NCBI RefSeq assembly: GCF_006345805.1
Contig: NC_043010.1
Coordinates: forward strand, 67,332,001 to 67,396,000
Length of the DNA stretch: 64,000 nt
Source of the DNA: Octopus sinensis
Lineage: Eukaryota
Direction: 5' to 3'
Part shown: positions 10,955 to 22,614 of the stretch, piece by piece
How positions within the stretch are numbered: the first letter of the stretch is position 1
Layout: every line of letters begins with the position of its first letter
Notes under the pieces: model-generated
Seen by the model: the letters and a program-made list of their open reading frames with translations, nothing else
What the model was told of the DNA's origin: nothing
Databases searched by the model: none
Position numbers and translations under genes: made by a program

Positions 10955-11285
10955 CTTACTTACTTGTACTTGTGATGGCATTCACCCAGGGTGGGTTGAG
11001 CTGGCTTCTTCTCTGTTCCTAACGGCATCACGAACCATGGCAGCCCACACTCGATGGTCCTGTGTGGGGTCACTGGAGATAGCGAGCCATTCGCGGTTCC
11101 ATCTGCGCAGACCGACCACTTGCAAACCTGAGAGTTCGGAGAATTCCCCCTTTATCATCGTTGCCCAAGTCTTCCCCCAGCTGGGAAGTGGAGGTGGGAG
11201 GAGGACATTGTGAATCAGCTCACCCTCTGGACACCGGGCTGCATAACCGAACCACCTTAAGTGCTGTTGTAGAAGCACCGAAGGG
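10955..11285 (-). mobile_element. RTE-clade LINE 3' end
   Basis: HLRWFGYAAR...KTWATMIK...QDHRVWAAMV matches the RTE ORF2 C-terminus; (TAAG)n-like tail at ~10955-10972. Confidence 0.8.
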
Positions 11286-11433
11286 AGGGGCCGGAGACTC
11301 AGACAACAACGAAGACCAGCTATAGGACCTGATCAATGCACTAAGTTACGGGGATGTAAACACACCACCATCGGTTGTCAAGTGATGTTGGGGGGACAAA
11401 CACAGACACACAAACACACACACATATATATAT

Positions 11434-11664
11434 GGCGGCGAGCTGGCAGAAACGTTAGCACGTCAGGCGAAATGCGTAGCCGTATTTCGTCTGCTGTTAC
11501 GTCCTGAGTTCAAATTCCGCCGAGGTCGACTTTGCCTTTCATCCTTTCGGGGTCGATTAAATAAGTACCAGTTACCCACTGGGGTCGATGTAATCGACTT
11601 AATCCGTTTGTCTGTCCTTGTTTGTCCCCTCTGTGTTTAGCCCCTTGTGGGTAGTAAAGAAATA
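11434..11664 (+). mobile_element. tRNA-headed SINE family 1, near full length
   Basis: A-box-like TGGCAGAAACGTTAG, B-box GAGTTCAAATTCC, conserved TTCATCCTTTCGGGGTCGA core (resembles the Meta-type SINE domain, from memory), AAAGAAATA tail. Confidence 0.88.
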
Positions 11665-12093
11665 ATATATATATATATACATATATTGGCCCGAGGCTAT
11701 AGTAGAAGACACTTGTCCAAGGTGCCACGCAGTGGGACTGAACCTGGAACCATGTTCGTAAGCAAGCTTCTTACAACACAGCCACTCTAGGGATTTGGAC
11801 GGGGTGTGTGTTTTTATTTATTTCAGCTATTTGTTCTTATTTTGTAAAGAAACCGAACTTCAAGTAACTTTTTACAGATCAATTTTTGAACACTATTTTC
11901 TAAGTCTAGAAAAGGTAAGTAAGGGGTGCAATTTTGAATTTTGTGCATCCACAAAATTTTAGGGGATGCAAGGGTACCCACCGAACACCCTGTTCCCAAG
12001 TCCTTGCATATATATATATATATATCTTTGTCGTACTGGACCACTGAACTCTACAAATATTTTTCATTCTCTCTCTCTGTTCATCTTCTCTTA

Positions 12094-12133
12094 TTCTTTT
12101 CTACTGAAGAGCGTAGGCTCGAAACGTAAAAGA
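12094..12133 (+). ncRNA. Candidate minimal type I hammerhead ribozyme in a probable Penelope-like element remnant (~12030-12225)
   Basis: CTGAAGA (12104-12110), short G...C stem-loop (12111-12120), GAAACGTA (12121-12128) with palindromic ACGT; TCTTT(T)/AAAGA flanks could form an imperfect stem I. Confidence 0.45.
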
Positions 12134-13149
12134 CTTTTTCATTTTCCCCGAGCGTCAAACTAATACACTTGCTTAGTTTTCATACACCTATCTTCGTCTT
12201 TTGTTCTATAAATTTCAACTATATATGTGTGTGTGTGTGTGTGTGTGCATATATATATATACATATAAAATTGTGAAACATGCTGACATTAAAATTATAC
12301 ACGCACACCCACCCATATACACATCACACACAGAAGTAAATGTTCGAGTGTGTTTGTAACGAAAACACATATACAAAAACAGCCTTGTACTCCAAAGAAC
12401 ACGAAATAGTTGCCAGGGGGAAATATTTGACAGGGGAAACTACTTTTCGTTAAACACCGATGAATGGTCTTAACGTTAAGCTTCTAACAAAGAGAGCGAG
12501 AGACGAAACCTACACTGCTCTCTCTCTCTCTCTCTTTTTTTCTCCACATTATTAATCTTATTTATTTATTTATTTATTTATATCCAAAGCTCAATGTGAA
12601 CTTTTCTCATCGGAAGGGTCACCTACCTGTTGTTTGCTAATTAATTCCTCACACGCTGTTGCCATTTATGTTTATATATTTTCCTATGTATGTATATACA
12701 TATATATATACATATACATATATACATCGATAACATTATATATCAGTGCTCTTTTAAACACTCCCTTTCAATCTGTCTGTCGGTGTCGTCGAAGCCAGCG
12801 ACACTTGGTCCCCTTTATTCTGGAAAATAACCCAAGACACTCTATGACATGTTTTCACCAGTTCACTATTGAACTGCTATACTCACATATTTACCTGTGT
12901 GCCGTCTCCGGGTATGTTTTTTGTTTTCCTCCTCCTTCATCTTTTCTTGTGTGCATGCATACACAAATACACAAACTAGCCACGCATAAACATACATAAA
13001 TCTGTCACACACACACACAATTACATATACACATACATTCATATCTATACACATGCATGTATATATATATATACCTATATATATATATGTATGTATATGT
13101 ATGTGTTAGATGACACAGTTTTCATTTATTTTGTTTATATATTTATTGA

Positions 13150-13387
13150 TTAGTCTTGTAAAGTAGGAAGGGCAGAGCCGTTTGGGTCCCCCGGGGGCCT
13201 CCTGGACTTGTGGTTGGTTGAGGTTGCGACGGTTTTAATGCCAAGTTGGAAATTGTAGGTTAGTAGTTTCTAGGAAGACGAGGACAGAGGCGGGTTCCAT
13301 CAAAGAAGCAGATGTACGAAGGAATGACTTGGTAAGTCTTTTAGTACGGATTCTATTAAGTCAGATTCAGATCCTGTCCGCCATGTT
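13150..13387 (+). promoter_or_regulatory. Probable promoter and non-coding first exon of ZNF-B
   Basis: SINE-free, CpG-retaining island (~12.4-14.9 kb); donor TTG|GTAAGT (GT 13332-13333); YY1-consensus CCGCCATGTT at 13378-13387; further donor CAG|GTAATT at 14204. Confidence 0.45.
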
Positions 13388-15504
13388 GGATTTATGGTCA
13401 AAAAAATAGGGGGGGGAGGAATAATGAGGGTTTATTAAAAATAATTATTATTAAAGAAATTCCGGCTATTCTATAGAAAATATAAATGCCAAATACTTTG
13501 TAGATGTCTTCTAAAATAAAACTAAGTTCTGTTATTGTTTCGTAACCGATAAAGAAACGAAAAATTTCTTGTCAACGTGCAAGTGACCCCTTAAGATTAT
13601 TATTTTAGTTGTGATGTTCCCCGTTTGGAGAGAAAAAATCTTCGCATGTTTGGAGATGGAGAAAGGATATTTGACGATCGTAGGGATGACCTTGTTGCTT
13701 GAGTTGACCGTGCTGTCTCGGTGGACAAGTCACTTAACGGGGGAAATGGACAGCACCGTAGTAGACAGGATCCTTTTTTTTAATGTCTCGTCCCCCCCCC
13801 CCGCTGCCACCGTCTCTCTCCTATTCCGTTCATCTTCTGCTGACATGCACAAAAACCGTTCCTAGACGAAGGGCGTATGACATGTTTTAGAGGTGAAACA
13901 AAACTGGTAACATAAACTAAATAAGATACATTCATATTTGGAGTTTAAATGGAAGAAGCAAGCGGTGGTGGTGCTGGTGGCGGGGCTGTATTTTATATAT
14001 ATATATATTTCTTTTTAATCTTGTAAATAGGCGACAGGAGATAAGATTAAGGTCGTTAGCAAAATATTAACCTGATTAGAACCGAAGCTAAAAATCGACG
14101 GGATTTATATAACCGGTGAAAACCCCCCCATGTGCGTATATGCATGTGAACGAGTGTTTGTCAGGGAGATTATGAACCGCTATCTTTTAGCATAAATCCT
14201 CAGGTAATTACTTAATTTTTTTGCTCCGATGTCCTTGAGAAAAAGGTATTGAATCTTGCTACTTTTATATACCCTCTTACAGCTGAGACATCAACTTTTA
14301 AATTCGATTCGTTTTGCTGTTGTTACTTAGCCATTTTGACGGAATCGCTTCAATTCGTCAATTGTATAAATTATTAGCCATTTGGAGGTGCTTGTGGGTG
14401 ACAGTGGAGGTGATGGTGCTAGATCAGGCGGTATATAACATCGTGACATCTATGAACACCAGAAAAATCATGTTTTCTCTCATCAACAATTGCCGATGCA
14501 TTTTGACAACGTCGAACACAAACAAATTGCTGAATCAGACAATATTTTTTTATATAAATATAAACCAATAAATGATCTTAACATATCTGTCAGTTGTTTT
14601 ATAGCTTTTGATCGAGACAGAATTTTAAAGAATTATTATTATTATTAATATTTATTATTTTTTTTTGTTGTCGTCGAAAAGTTGCAGAAATACGATGGCA
14701 GGAATAAAGGTAAAAAAAAGTATGTGTTCGATAACTGATTAGATACGGTATGAATTAACATCATCACCTCGTAATTATCGAGTTCGAATAATTTCCAAAC
14801 ACGTTGTTGCCTGAGGGTACCACAGTTCTAATGTTCTTCGTTTCACACAGCTGTCAGGAAAGAATATTGTTATTTGGGTGTCCTATCCTGGGAAAGAGTC
14901 ATATCAATGGGTGCTAAGCTTAATTCAAAGTCTAGTTTAACACATTAAGTACCTTTAGCAAGGTCTGAGGAAAAACACCTTCACTGTCTCCCACTTTTCT
15001 TGGACTTTCTAAAAAGGATCGTGCGTGTTGCCTTTCCATGTCTGATAAGGCCATAAAAAAAAGTTAGAGTTAGGCATCAGCCCTTGGGTCTCTAGAAGAA
15101 ATTGGCATAAAAAAATTATGTGTTTACATCAGTTTAATATTTCTTCCCAGAACTTTTGATAACTTAGCTACCAAAGCAGCCTTTGATTCTGTGGAACAAA
15201 ATCATCGGATTATGTTTTTAAGTGTTCACATTTAAATTAAAACCAGCCATTATAAGTTTATGTAAAAACCTTTTATGTACAAAAATATCAACATAATAAT
15301 GATAAAGTTTTTATTTATTTGTTAGTCCCAGCTACCCCCATTTACCCTTCTATACTGTGGGGTAGCCATGTATTTTCTCTCTAACAAGGTACCTGCACTT
15401 GTACCTCTGTCATACTTTAACCTCTCAATACCTGACATAATGCTACTGACCCCTCTCAAAATATTGAGTCATGGTGGGGGATTTTTTCCTGCTCTTTTTT
15501 CTTG

Positions 15505-16056
15505 TAATGGTTCTCAACCAATTTTTACCAATGCCCGCCACACCCCCGATTCCTATTTTATTCACATGGACCCTCATAAATAAATAAATAAATGCGCCCT
15601 TTTTAAAGCCTAGCCAGGCTCATGGGCTCGGTTTCCTGGTTTCAATGGCATATGTGTACCCCAGCTGGACGGGATGCCAGTCCATCGCAGCGTTACTCAT
15701 TTTTGACAGCTGAGTGGACTGGAGCAACGTGAAATGAAGTGTTTTGCTCAAGAACACAACGCGTCGCCCTGTCCAGGAATCGAAATCATAATTTTACGAT
15801 CATGGTGCTAACACCCTAACCACTAAGCTACACACCTCCACCATGGACTCTCATAGCCATTTAATATTCTAAAAAATCCTTTTATATTCTTATAGTTAAA
15901 TGTTATTGGGAATTGTCTAAAAAAAAAGTTTTAATATTTTGTGTATTGTAGAAATATAACCAGTTTACTGCACATAGATTTTAACAACAAAATCTTACAT
16001 GCCCTGCCTCCCCCAGACCCCTAAGGGTTATATGCACCCTGATTGAGAACCACTGA
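15505..16056. mobile_element. MITE with TGGTTCTCAA termini, interrupted by a SINE
   Basis: TGGTTCTCAACC near 15508 and TTGAGAACCACTG near 16043; related pieces at ~31980-32115 and ~36760-36875. Confidence 0.65.
15579..15841 (-). mobile_element. tRNA-headed SINE family 4 nested in the MITE
   Basis: Flanked by 14 bp TSD CATGGACCCTCATA (15565-15578) / CATGGACTCTCATA (15842-15855); (TTTA)n tail. Confidence 0.85.
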
Positions 16057-17467
16057 ACTAGAGTGTGCAGTGTGTTGTCATTGTACTAGTATGTTGTTGT
16101 CGACAAGACTGCGGAATCCTTTCAACCCTGTGTTGTCTCTTCTTGGTTGTCAACCAGTTTAGAATGTAGGGGTGTGCTTTTTGTCATGAAGGCAAACATT
16201 TGTGAGATAGTTTTGTAACTTTGCAAAACTGTGAGGGTCTTCACTGTTCTGTAATGTGTTTGTTTGTTTGTTCAAGGCAAGTGACTGAGACGGTGAACAG
16301 AAAGAGAGCAGTGGTAGAAGAACCAGGATTGATGTTTTGGCTCAGCTGTTTTTGCCCTGCTTATTTGACACTGTTGATTTGATGTTGACTTATTTGACAT
16401 CAGACATTTGAATATATCTCTCTCACTTTCTCTGTGTGTGTGTGTATATATATATATATGTGTGTGTGTATATGTATATATCAATGTGTGCATGTGTCTT
16501 TGTGTCTGCCCATCACCACTTGACAACCAGCGTTAATGTGTTTATATCCCTGTAACTTAGCAGTTGAGCAAAAGAGGCTGATAGAAGAAGTATCAAGCTT
16601 AACAAAAGCAGAAATCCATTAAGTACTGGGGTCAATTCATTTGACGAAAAATTCTTCGAGGTGGGGCCCCAGCATGGCCACAGTCTAATGACTGAAACAA
16701 GTAATAGATAAAAGATATATATATATACTTGGTGACCCTGTCAGTGCTGGTGCTATGTAAAAACAGTCCACACTGTAAAGTGGTTGGCATCTGGAAGGGT
16801 ATCCAGTTGTAAAAACCATGCCAAAACTGACCTCACCTGTGCTAGCGACATGTAAAAAGTACTGAGTCCACTGCGCAGAGTGGTTGGTGTTAGAAAGGGC
16901 ATCCAGCTGTAAAAACCTTACCAAAACAGATACAGTAACCTGGATTAATCTTCTACCTGGCTGGTTCCTGTCAACCGTCCTACCCATGCATGCATGGAAG
17001 ACAGACAGTAAACAGTGATGATGATATGTTATCAACCAGCCTATTGGATGTTGTTATACACTACTGGTCACAATGCACTTACATTGTTGTTACTTTTGCT
17101 TACTGGCTAGTGAAGCAGGGCATCATTTACTCTGATTGAAAGATCATTTCGTTGTAGGGTGTACCCTTTTACAGCTGAGTGGACTGGAGCAATATGGATT
17201 GCAGTCTTTTGATCAAGATGAGCTATTTACATGTTTTGGGGCCATTGAAACAAATTTGTTGTGGTATTTTGATGTTGATTGTTAAATTATGTTCATCATA
17301 ATATTTCTCCATCATTTATAGCTTTATATATACACCTTTTTGATAGGCTCTTCTATATATTTGTATTTTATTCGCATATATATTTTTACTTTGTGTGTTT
17401 CTATGTATATACTTTTATATGTTTAGAAACCATGGTACTACTTATATGTGATTAAATGTTTGAGGTA

Positions 17468-17803
17468 AAAGACCCCCTTCGGTCATGAATGACCATGGGA
17501 TTGCACCTAGAAAGTTACCCTCCTAGACACAAGTCCGGGCAAGGTTGTTTATGGAAGACCAGCAGTCGCCCATGCATACCAGCCTCCCCTCTCCACGCCA
17601 CCAGTGTTATCCAAGGGAAAGGCAAAGACTGATACAGCTTGGCACCAGTGACGTCGCAACTCATTTCACAGCTGAGTGAACTGGAGCAACATGAAATAAA
17701 GTGTCTTGCCCAAGAATACAACACACAGCCCGGTCCGGGATTCGAGCTCACAACCTCACGATCGTAAGCTCGACGCTCTAACCACTGAGCCATGCGCCTT
17801 CAC
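17468..17803 (-). mobile_element. tRNA-headed SINE, full length
   Basis: Head GGCTCAGTGGTTAGAGCG...GAGCTCGAATCCC; perfect 12 bp TSD ATGTTTGAGGTA at 17456-17467 and 17804-17815. Confidence 0.88.
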
Positions 17804-17879
17804 ATGTTTGAGGTATGGTGTTATATATAAAGATGAATGGAGGCATAACATTGCCATCACTAGTGATCACTCCAAACAC

Positions 17880-18569
17880 CATGATGTTAACTAGATGTTA
17901 GATTTTTATCATTATCGGTACATACTTTTTGGAACACAACAAGCCGATGGTTGTTTTGTGTGTTCAGCATCTGATTCTGGCAGAAAAACCAAAGCATGTT
18001 CGGTTGGAGGAGATGCTTGAGTTTTTTCAAAAGCTTTGTAGTATGGTCTTTCCTCTTGTCCTTGATGGCTTGGGATAAAAATTGGCCCTTTCTCATCTTA
18101 TATGAGGAATACTGTATCTTCATGCACTACTTGCCTAATAAGAAATTCAGACACTTCCATGTCCCTAGTGATGGACCTGATTGACTTTGAGGGATCATTG
18201 TCAATCATGGCCTGGATCTCACCAACAAATTCAGGAGTTCTTTTCTTATCAGAATGAGTTTTCCAAGCTGCCATACCTTCGTAGTCACCATTAGATTCAT
18301 CCACCTCTTTCCGAATCCTCTGCACTCTCCTCAGATTGACGCCCAAACACTCTGAAATGTGCGTATTGAAGCTTCCAGCATGAATGCCAAGCAGCGCAGC
18401 ATGTCGTTTCCAAATTTCTAACAAAGTGAATTGTGTCATGGTGCTGCTTTTCTCACAGACAGTGCCCAACTGACCCTACTATACTGTGTAGTCGACAAAA
18501 TCAAAAACAAACAATGTGCATGCACAAAATTAAAAACATAAGATGACGACAATTTACCCATCACATGCC

Positions 18570-18575
<6 letters not shown>
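17880..18575 (-). mobile_element. 5' half of a decayed IS630-Tc1-mariner (maT-like) transposon
   Basis: HTH peptide ...IDNDPSKSIRSITRDMEVSEFLIRQVVHED continues after a frameshift as SYKMRKGQFLSQ...LWFF; TIR-like end at ~18545-18575 resembles 59312-59340. Confidence 0.75.
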
Positions 18576-18619
<44 letters not shown>

Positions 18620-19969
18620 TAATGAGGGTAGAAAATTGATATCAATCAATTAACATCAATTTAAACCAAAAAAAATCCAGATTTAAAATTTAGGTGTGTG
18701 CACACACACATACACATATATTATTCAGACACATCATCATTATCATTTAGTGTCCATTTTCCATGCTACCATGGGTCAGATGGTTTGACTGGAATTGGTA
18801 AGCAGGGGAGCCGTACCAGGTTCCAGTCTGGTTTGGCTTAGTTTCTATGATTGGATGCCCTTCCTAATGCTAACTACTCCATGAGTGTAGTGGGTGCATT
18901 TTGTGTCACTGGCACATGTGCCCCTTACATGTTACATGTTTATTTGTGTCTCCTGATGTTGACATCTTGCATTACTAAATAAGCATCTCCATCATACATG
19001 CAGTGTTGCTAGCTTCCAGTCTTCCACAAGAACATGTCCATCATTCATCATCGTTTAATGTCAGTCGTTGATGCTGGCATGGGTTATGAAGAAATATTGC
19101 CTTACTTAATACCCAGGATTTTCTTATTTCTAGCCCAGGCCTGTGCAAAACTGGAGAGGACACTTCAGTGCTGCTGTAAAAAGTGGCAGAAAAAACACGG
19201 GAGGTAGCAGTCACGAGTTATAAGTCCATTCAGATTGGCGTAAGATATGGGCGCTACGGGTTACCTCTGACGGTGGGAGGGACCCCTGTGTCCCATTGGT
19301 TAGCTACTGCCCACCACAAGCTTGGCAGCCCCCGGTTACCTTACTTAGAAACAGGTGAGGGTTGGCAACAGGAAGGGCATCTGGCCGTGGAAAATCTGCC
19401 AGAAGTATAACGAATTTATTGCACAATGGAAAATAGATGATAAAGAATGATGATGATGAATTTTTAAGAAAATCTTATATGGACCCTGGTTCAGAACCAT
19501 TGCTATAGAAAATAAAATGCCATTTTCTATACTTTTATTTGCTTGTTTTTTAACAGTGTGTAGTCTGAAGGAAGCAGTTGTCCCCTTGGAGTTTGCAGGC
19601 CCTTTGAACCTGGTGAAATCAAAGTAGTTGATGGAAGGGCCTCATAATCACTAGTGATTACTCCTGGGGTCACAACACAAAAATTTCATCTTACAGACTG
19701 GCTTTCCTCTTTAAGCCCAGAAAATACTTCAGCTTCCAAATTAGTTTCTGACACCTCACAAAATTCTAATAAGACTTACAGTCAAATACTACCTCCACCC
19801 ACATCTGGCATGGTGCTGCCTCTGCACACGAACTTATATGGATGACCAGAACAAAGATGAGTGACACTGTTTGGGCCTGTGAGGAGTTGGTACAGGTCCA
19901 GCCAGCTACACTGAACAGAAGCCACTGTGCTTGTGGTGGCAACCGCCCCCCCCAAAAAAAACTAAGAAT

Positions 19970-20350
19970 TTGGTGCCACGTAAAAAGCACCATTCGAGTG
20001 TGATCGTTACCAGTGCTGCCTTACTAGCACTTGTGCCAGTGGCACGTCAAAAAGCATTCGAGCGAGGTCGTTGCCAGTACTGCTGGACTGGCTCCTGTGC
20101 AGGTGGCACGTAAAAAACATTATTTGAGTGTGGCCATTGCCAGTACTGTCTGACTGATCCTTGTGCTGGTGGCACGTAAAAGCACCCACTACACTCTCGG
20201 AGTGGTTGGCATTAGCAAGGGCATCCAGCAGTAGAAACTCTGCCAGGTCAAGATTGGAGCCTGGTGCAGCCATCTGGTTCGCAAGTCCTCAGTCAAATCA
20301 TCCAACCCATGCTAGCAAGGAAAGCGGACGTTAAACAACAATGATGATGA
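19970..20350 (+). mobile_element. RTE-related 3' UTR fragment with four tandem modules
   Basis: Four G(C)CACGT(A)AAAA modules, then the GGTTGGCATTAGCAAGGGCATCC core and GGACGTTAAAC(GAT)n tail. Confidence 0.8.
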
Positions 20351-21143
20351 TTATCTTGTATGTGACACAAGAGGTTGGAATGTGTTGTTGAATAACTTCA
20401 TGACAATCATTTGGGTGGCTTTTTTTTCTGTGGGAGGTGCATATGCATTATAAAAGCATGTGGCTTAGTGGTTAGGGTATTCAACTCACAATTTTAAGTT
20501 TGTGGGTTCAATTCCTGGTGATGCGTTGTGTCCTTCAATAAGACACTTTATTTCACATTGCTCCAATCTACTCAGCTGGCAAAAATGAATTGTACCTGTG
20601 TTTCAAAGGGGCCAACCATGTCACATTCTGTGTCACACTGAATCACTCTTAGAACTACGTTAAAGGTACACGTGTCTGTGGAGCACTCAACCACTTGCAC
20701 GTTAATTTCACGAGCAGGCTGTTCTGTTGATCAAATTAACTGGAACCCTCATCGTCGTAACTGATGGAATGCCAGAAGTGCATGTGCATTCTAGAATTCT
20801 TGAATGTTTTGTAGAAGTGCTCTCTCAGATGGGGTAGTATCTCATGTGGCATTTGATAATTTATGCTATTAAACAGTTTCTCTAGTTTAATGCTATTGTT
20901 ATAAACAATATATGTACAGTGTCTGGCAGAATCTGTAGAGCATCAGTCATAGTGTCTTGCAGTGTAATTCATTTATCCATGTCCCTCTTCCATTCCGAGT
21001 TCAAACCCTTTCCGGATTGCATTTGCTTTTCGTTCTTTGAGGTAAAAAAAAAAAAAAAGCACTGGTCAAGTACTGATGATGAGGATGACCACTGTCCAAT
21101 GGCTGAAGGCAATAAAAGAATCACTCATAAATCTACAATACTT

Positions 21144-21371
21144 ATTTCTTTACTGCCCACAAGGGGCTAAACACAGAGGACAAACAAGGACAAACGGATT
21201 AAGTCGATTATATCGACCCCAGTACATAACTGGTACTTATTTAACCAACCCTGAAAGGATGAAAGGCAAAGTCGACCTCGGTCGAATTTGAACTCAGAAC
21301 GCAGCAGCAGGCGAGATACCGCTAAGCATTTTGCCCGGCATGCTAACGTTTCTGCCAGCTCGCCGCCTTTT
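21144..21371 (-). mobile_element. SINE family 1, full length
   Basis: Perfect 16 bp TSD TAAATCTACAATACTT at 21128-21143 and 21372-21387. Confidence 0.9.
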
Positions 21372-22086
21372 TAAATCTACAATACTTGCACACACACACA
21401 CACACACACAGCCATCTTTCCATCCATCTATATATCTAATTATCTATCTAATCCTGAACCCATACATCCCTCTGTACACTCTGGTAGCAGGAATTTTGGT
21501 GACTTCATTGAATGTTCTTCATCCAGTTACATTTGGAAATGTTTGTTTTAAAATTATGAGATGAAATAAACATCAGGGGTGCTTCATCTCATACAGCTAA
21601 CTGCAGGTATTGCGAGTTCTTGGGGTCACAAGCATTTTGTCCCTTAGCCTGTATGCTTAACCTGAAAGGGGTACAAGGATTCAATCTTCACTTGAAGAAG
21701 GGTCCCACCTGTGGGCTCTTGTCAATCACAGCCACCTCAAGCTGCTTTCAGCTGCCATGCTTATCTCCTTGGTGGCTTTCTTTGTCTGGGTTCCAGACCA
21801 ATCTTCTGCAGGAAATAACACACCAATCTAGCTGGAAAGCCATGGCAGCTGACTTCAATAACAAATGAGGCTGTGTGCCATCCCTTGGCAAGTGCCTCAT
21901 CAACCAACTGTTTTGAATATTTGTTTGGTTTGATTGATGTAAATAGTGTAGAACATATGACAGATGTAGATATGGTTGTATAATTTTTTACTTACGTTTC
22001 TGGGTTTCATACCATCTTAAGAAAGTGTCTTCTTCTGTAGCTTTGGATTGGTGAGTGGATTTTAGTTGACAGAAGCTGTATGGAAG

Positions 22087-22318
22087 GCAGTGAGCTAGCA
22101 GAAATGTTAGCACGCCAGGTGAAATGCTTAGCAGCATTTCATCTGCCGCTACGTTCTGAGTTCAAATTGCGCTGAGGTCGACTTTGCCTTTCATCCTTTT
22201 GGGGTTGATTAAATAAGTACCAGTAATGCACTGGGGTCAATATAATCGACTAAATCTGTTTGTCTGTCTTTGTTTGTCCCCTCTGTGTGTAGCCCCTTGT
22301 GGGCAATAAAGAAATAAG
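22087..22318 (+). mobile_element. SINE family 1, ~280 bp upstream of the ZNF-B acceptor
   Basis: Colinear with 11434-11664. Confidence 0.85.
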
Positions 22319-22614
22319 AAACTGTATGGAAGCTGTTTGTGTGTGTGTGTCTTAGTGATTTATATGTGTAAGATATCTGATAAATCCATGTTTCCAAATG
22401 AAAATTACTTGAGGTTTTATGAGTTATGCAGATTATATCTTTTACATCCTCACCAGTTTGGTGAACCAGTAATTGACTGGTTGGAAACTTACACTTATTG
22501 CTACTGTTGTTCATGAAAATGTGATTTAATATGAGTAAAAATATAATAGATGATAGTTTCTGTGACTGGCCACTAAATATGAGTTTCTCTTTTCAGAAAA
22601 CAAACCTGTGAAAG

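Noticed and set aside
11826-11914. Apparent + strand exon (TTTCAG|...AAG|GTAAGT)
   Set aside because: Lies in what looks like a DNA-transposon end; no partner exon or coding signal identified.
19970-20190. CRISPR array interpretation of the repeat-spacer-like modules
   Set aside because: The spacers are homologous to each other, the array is part of a dispersed retroelement, the context is eukaryotic, and no cas genes are present.
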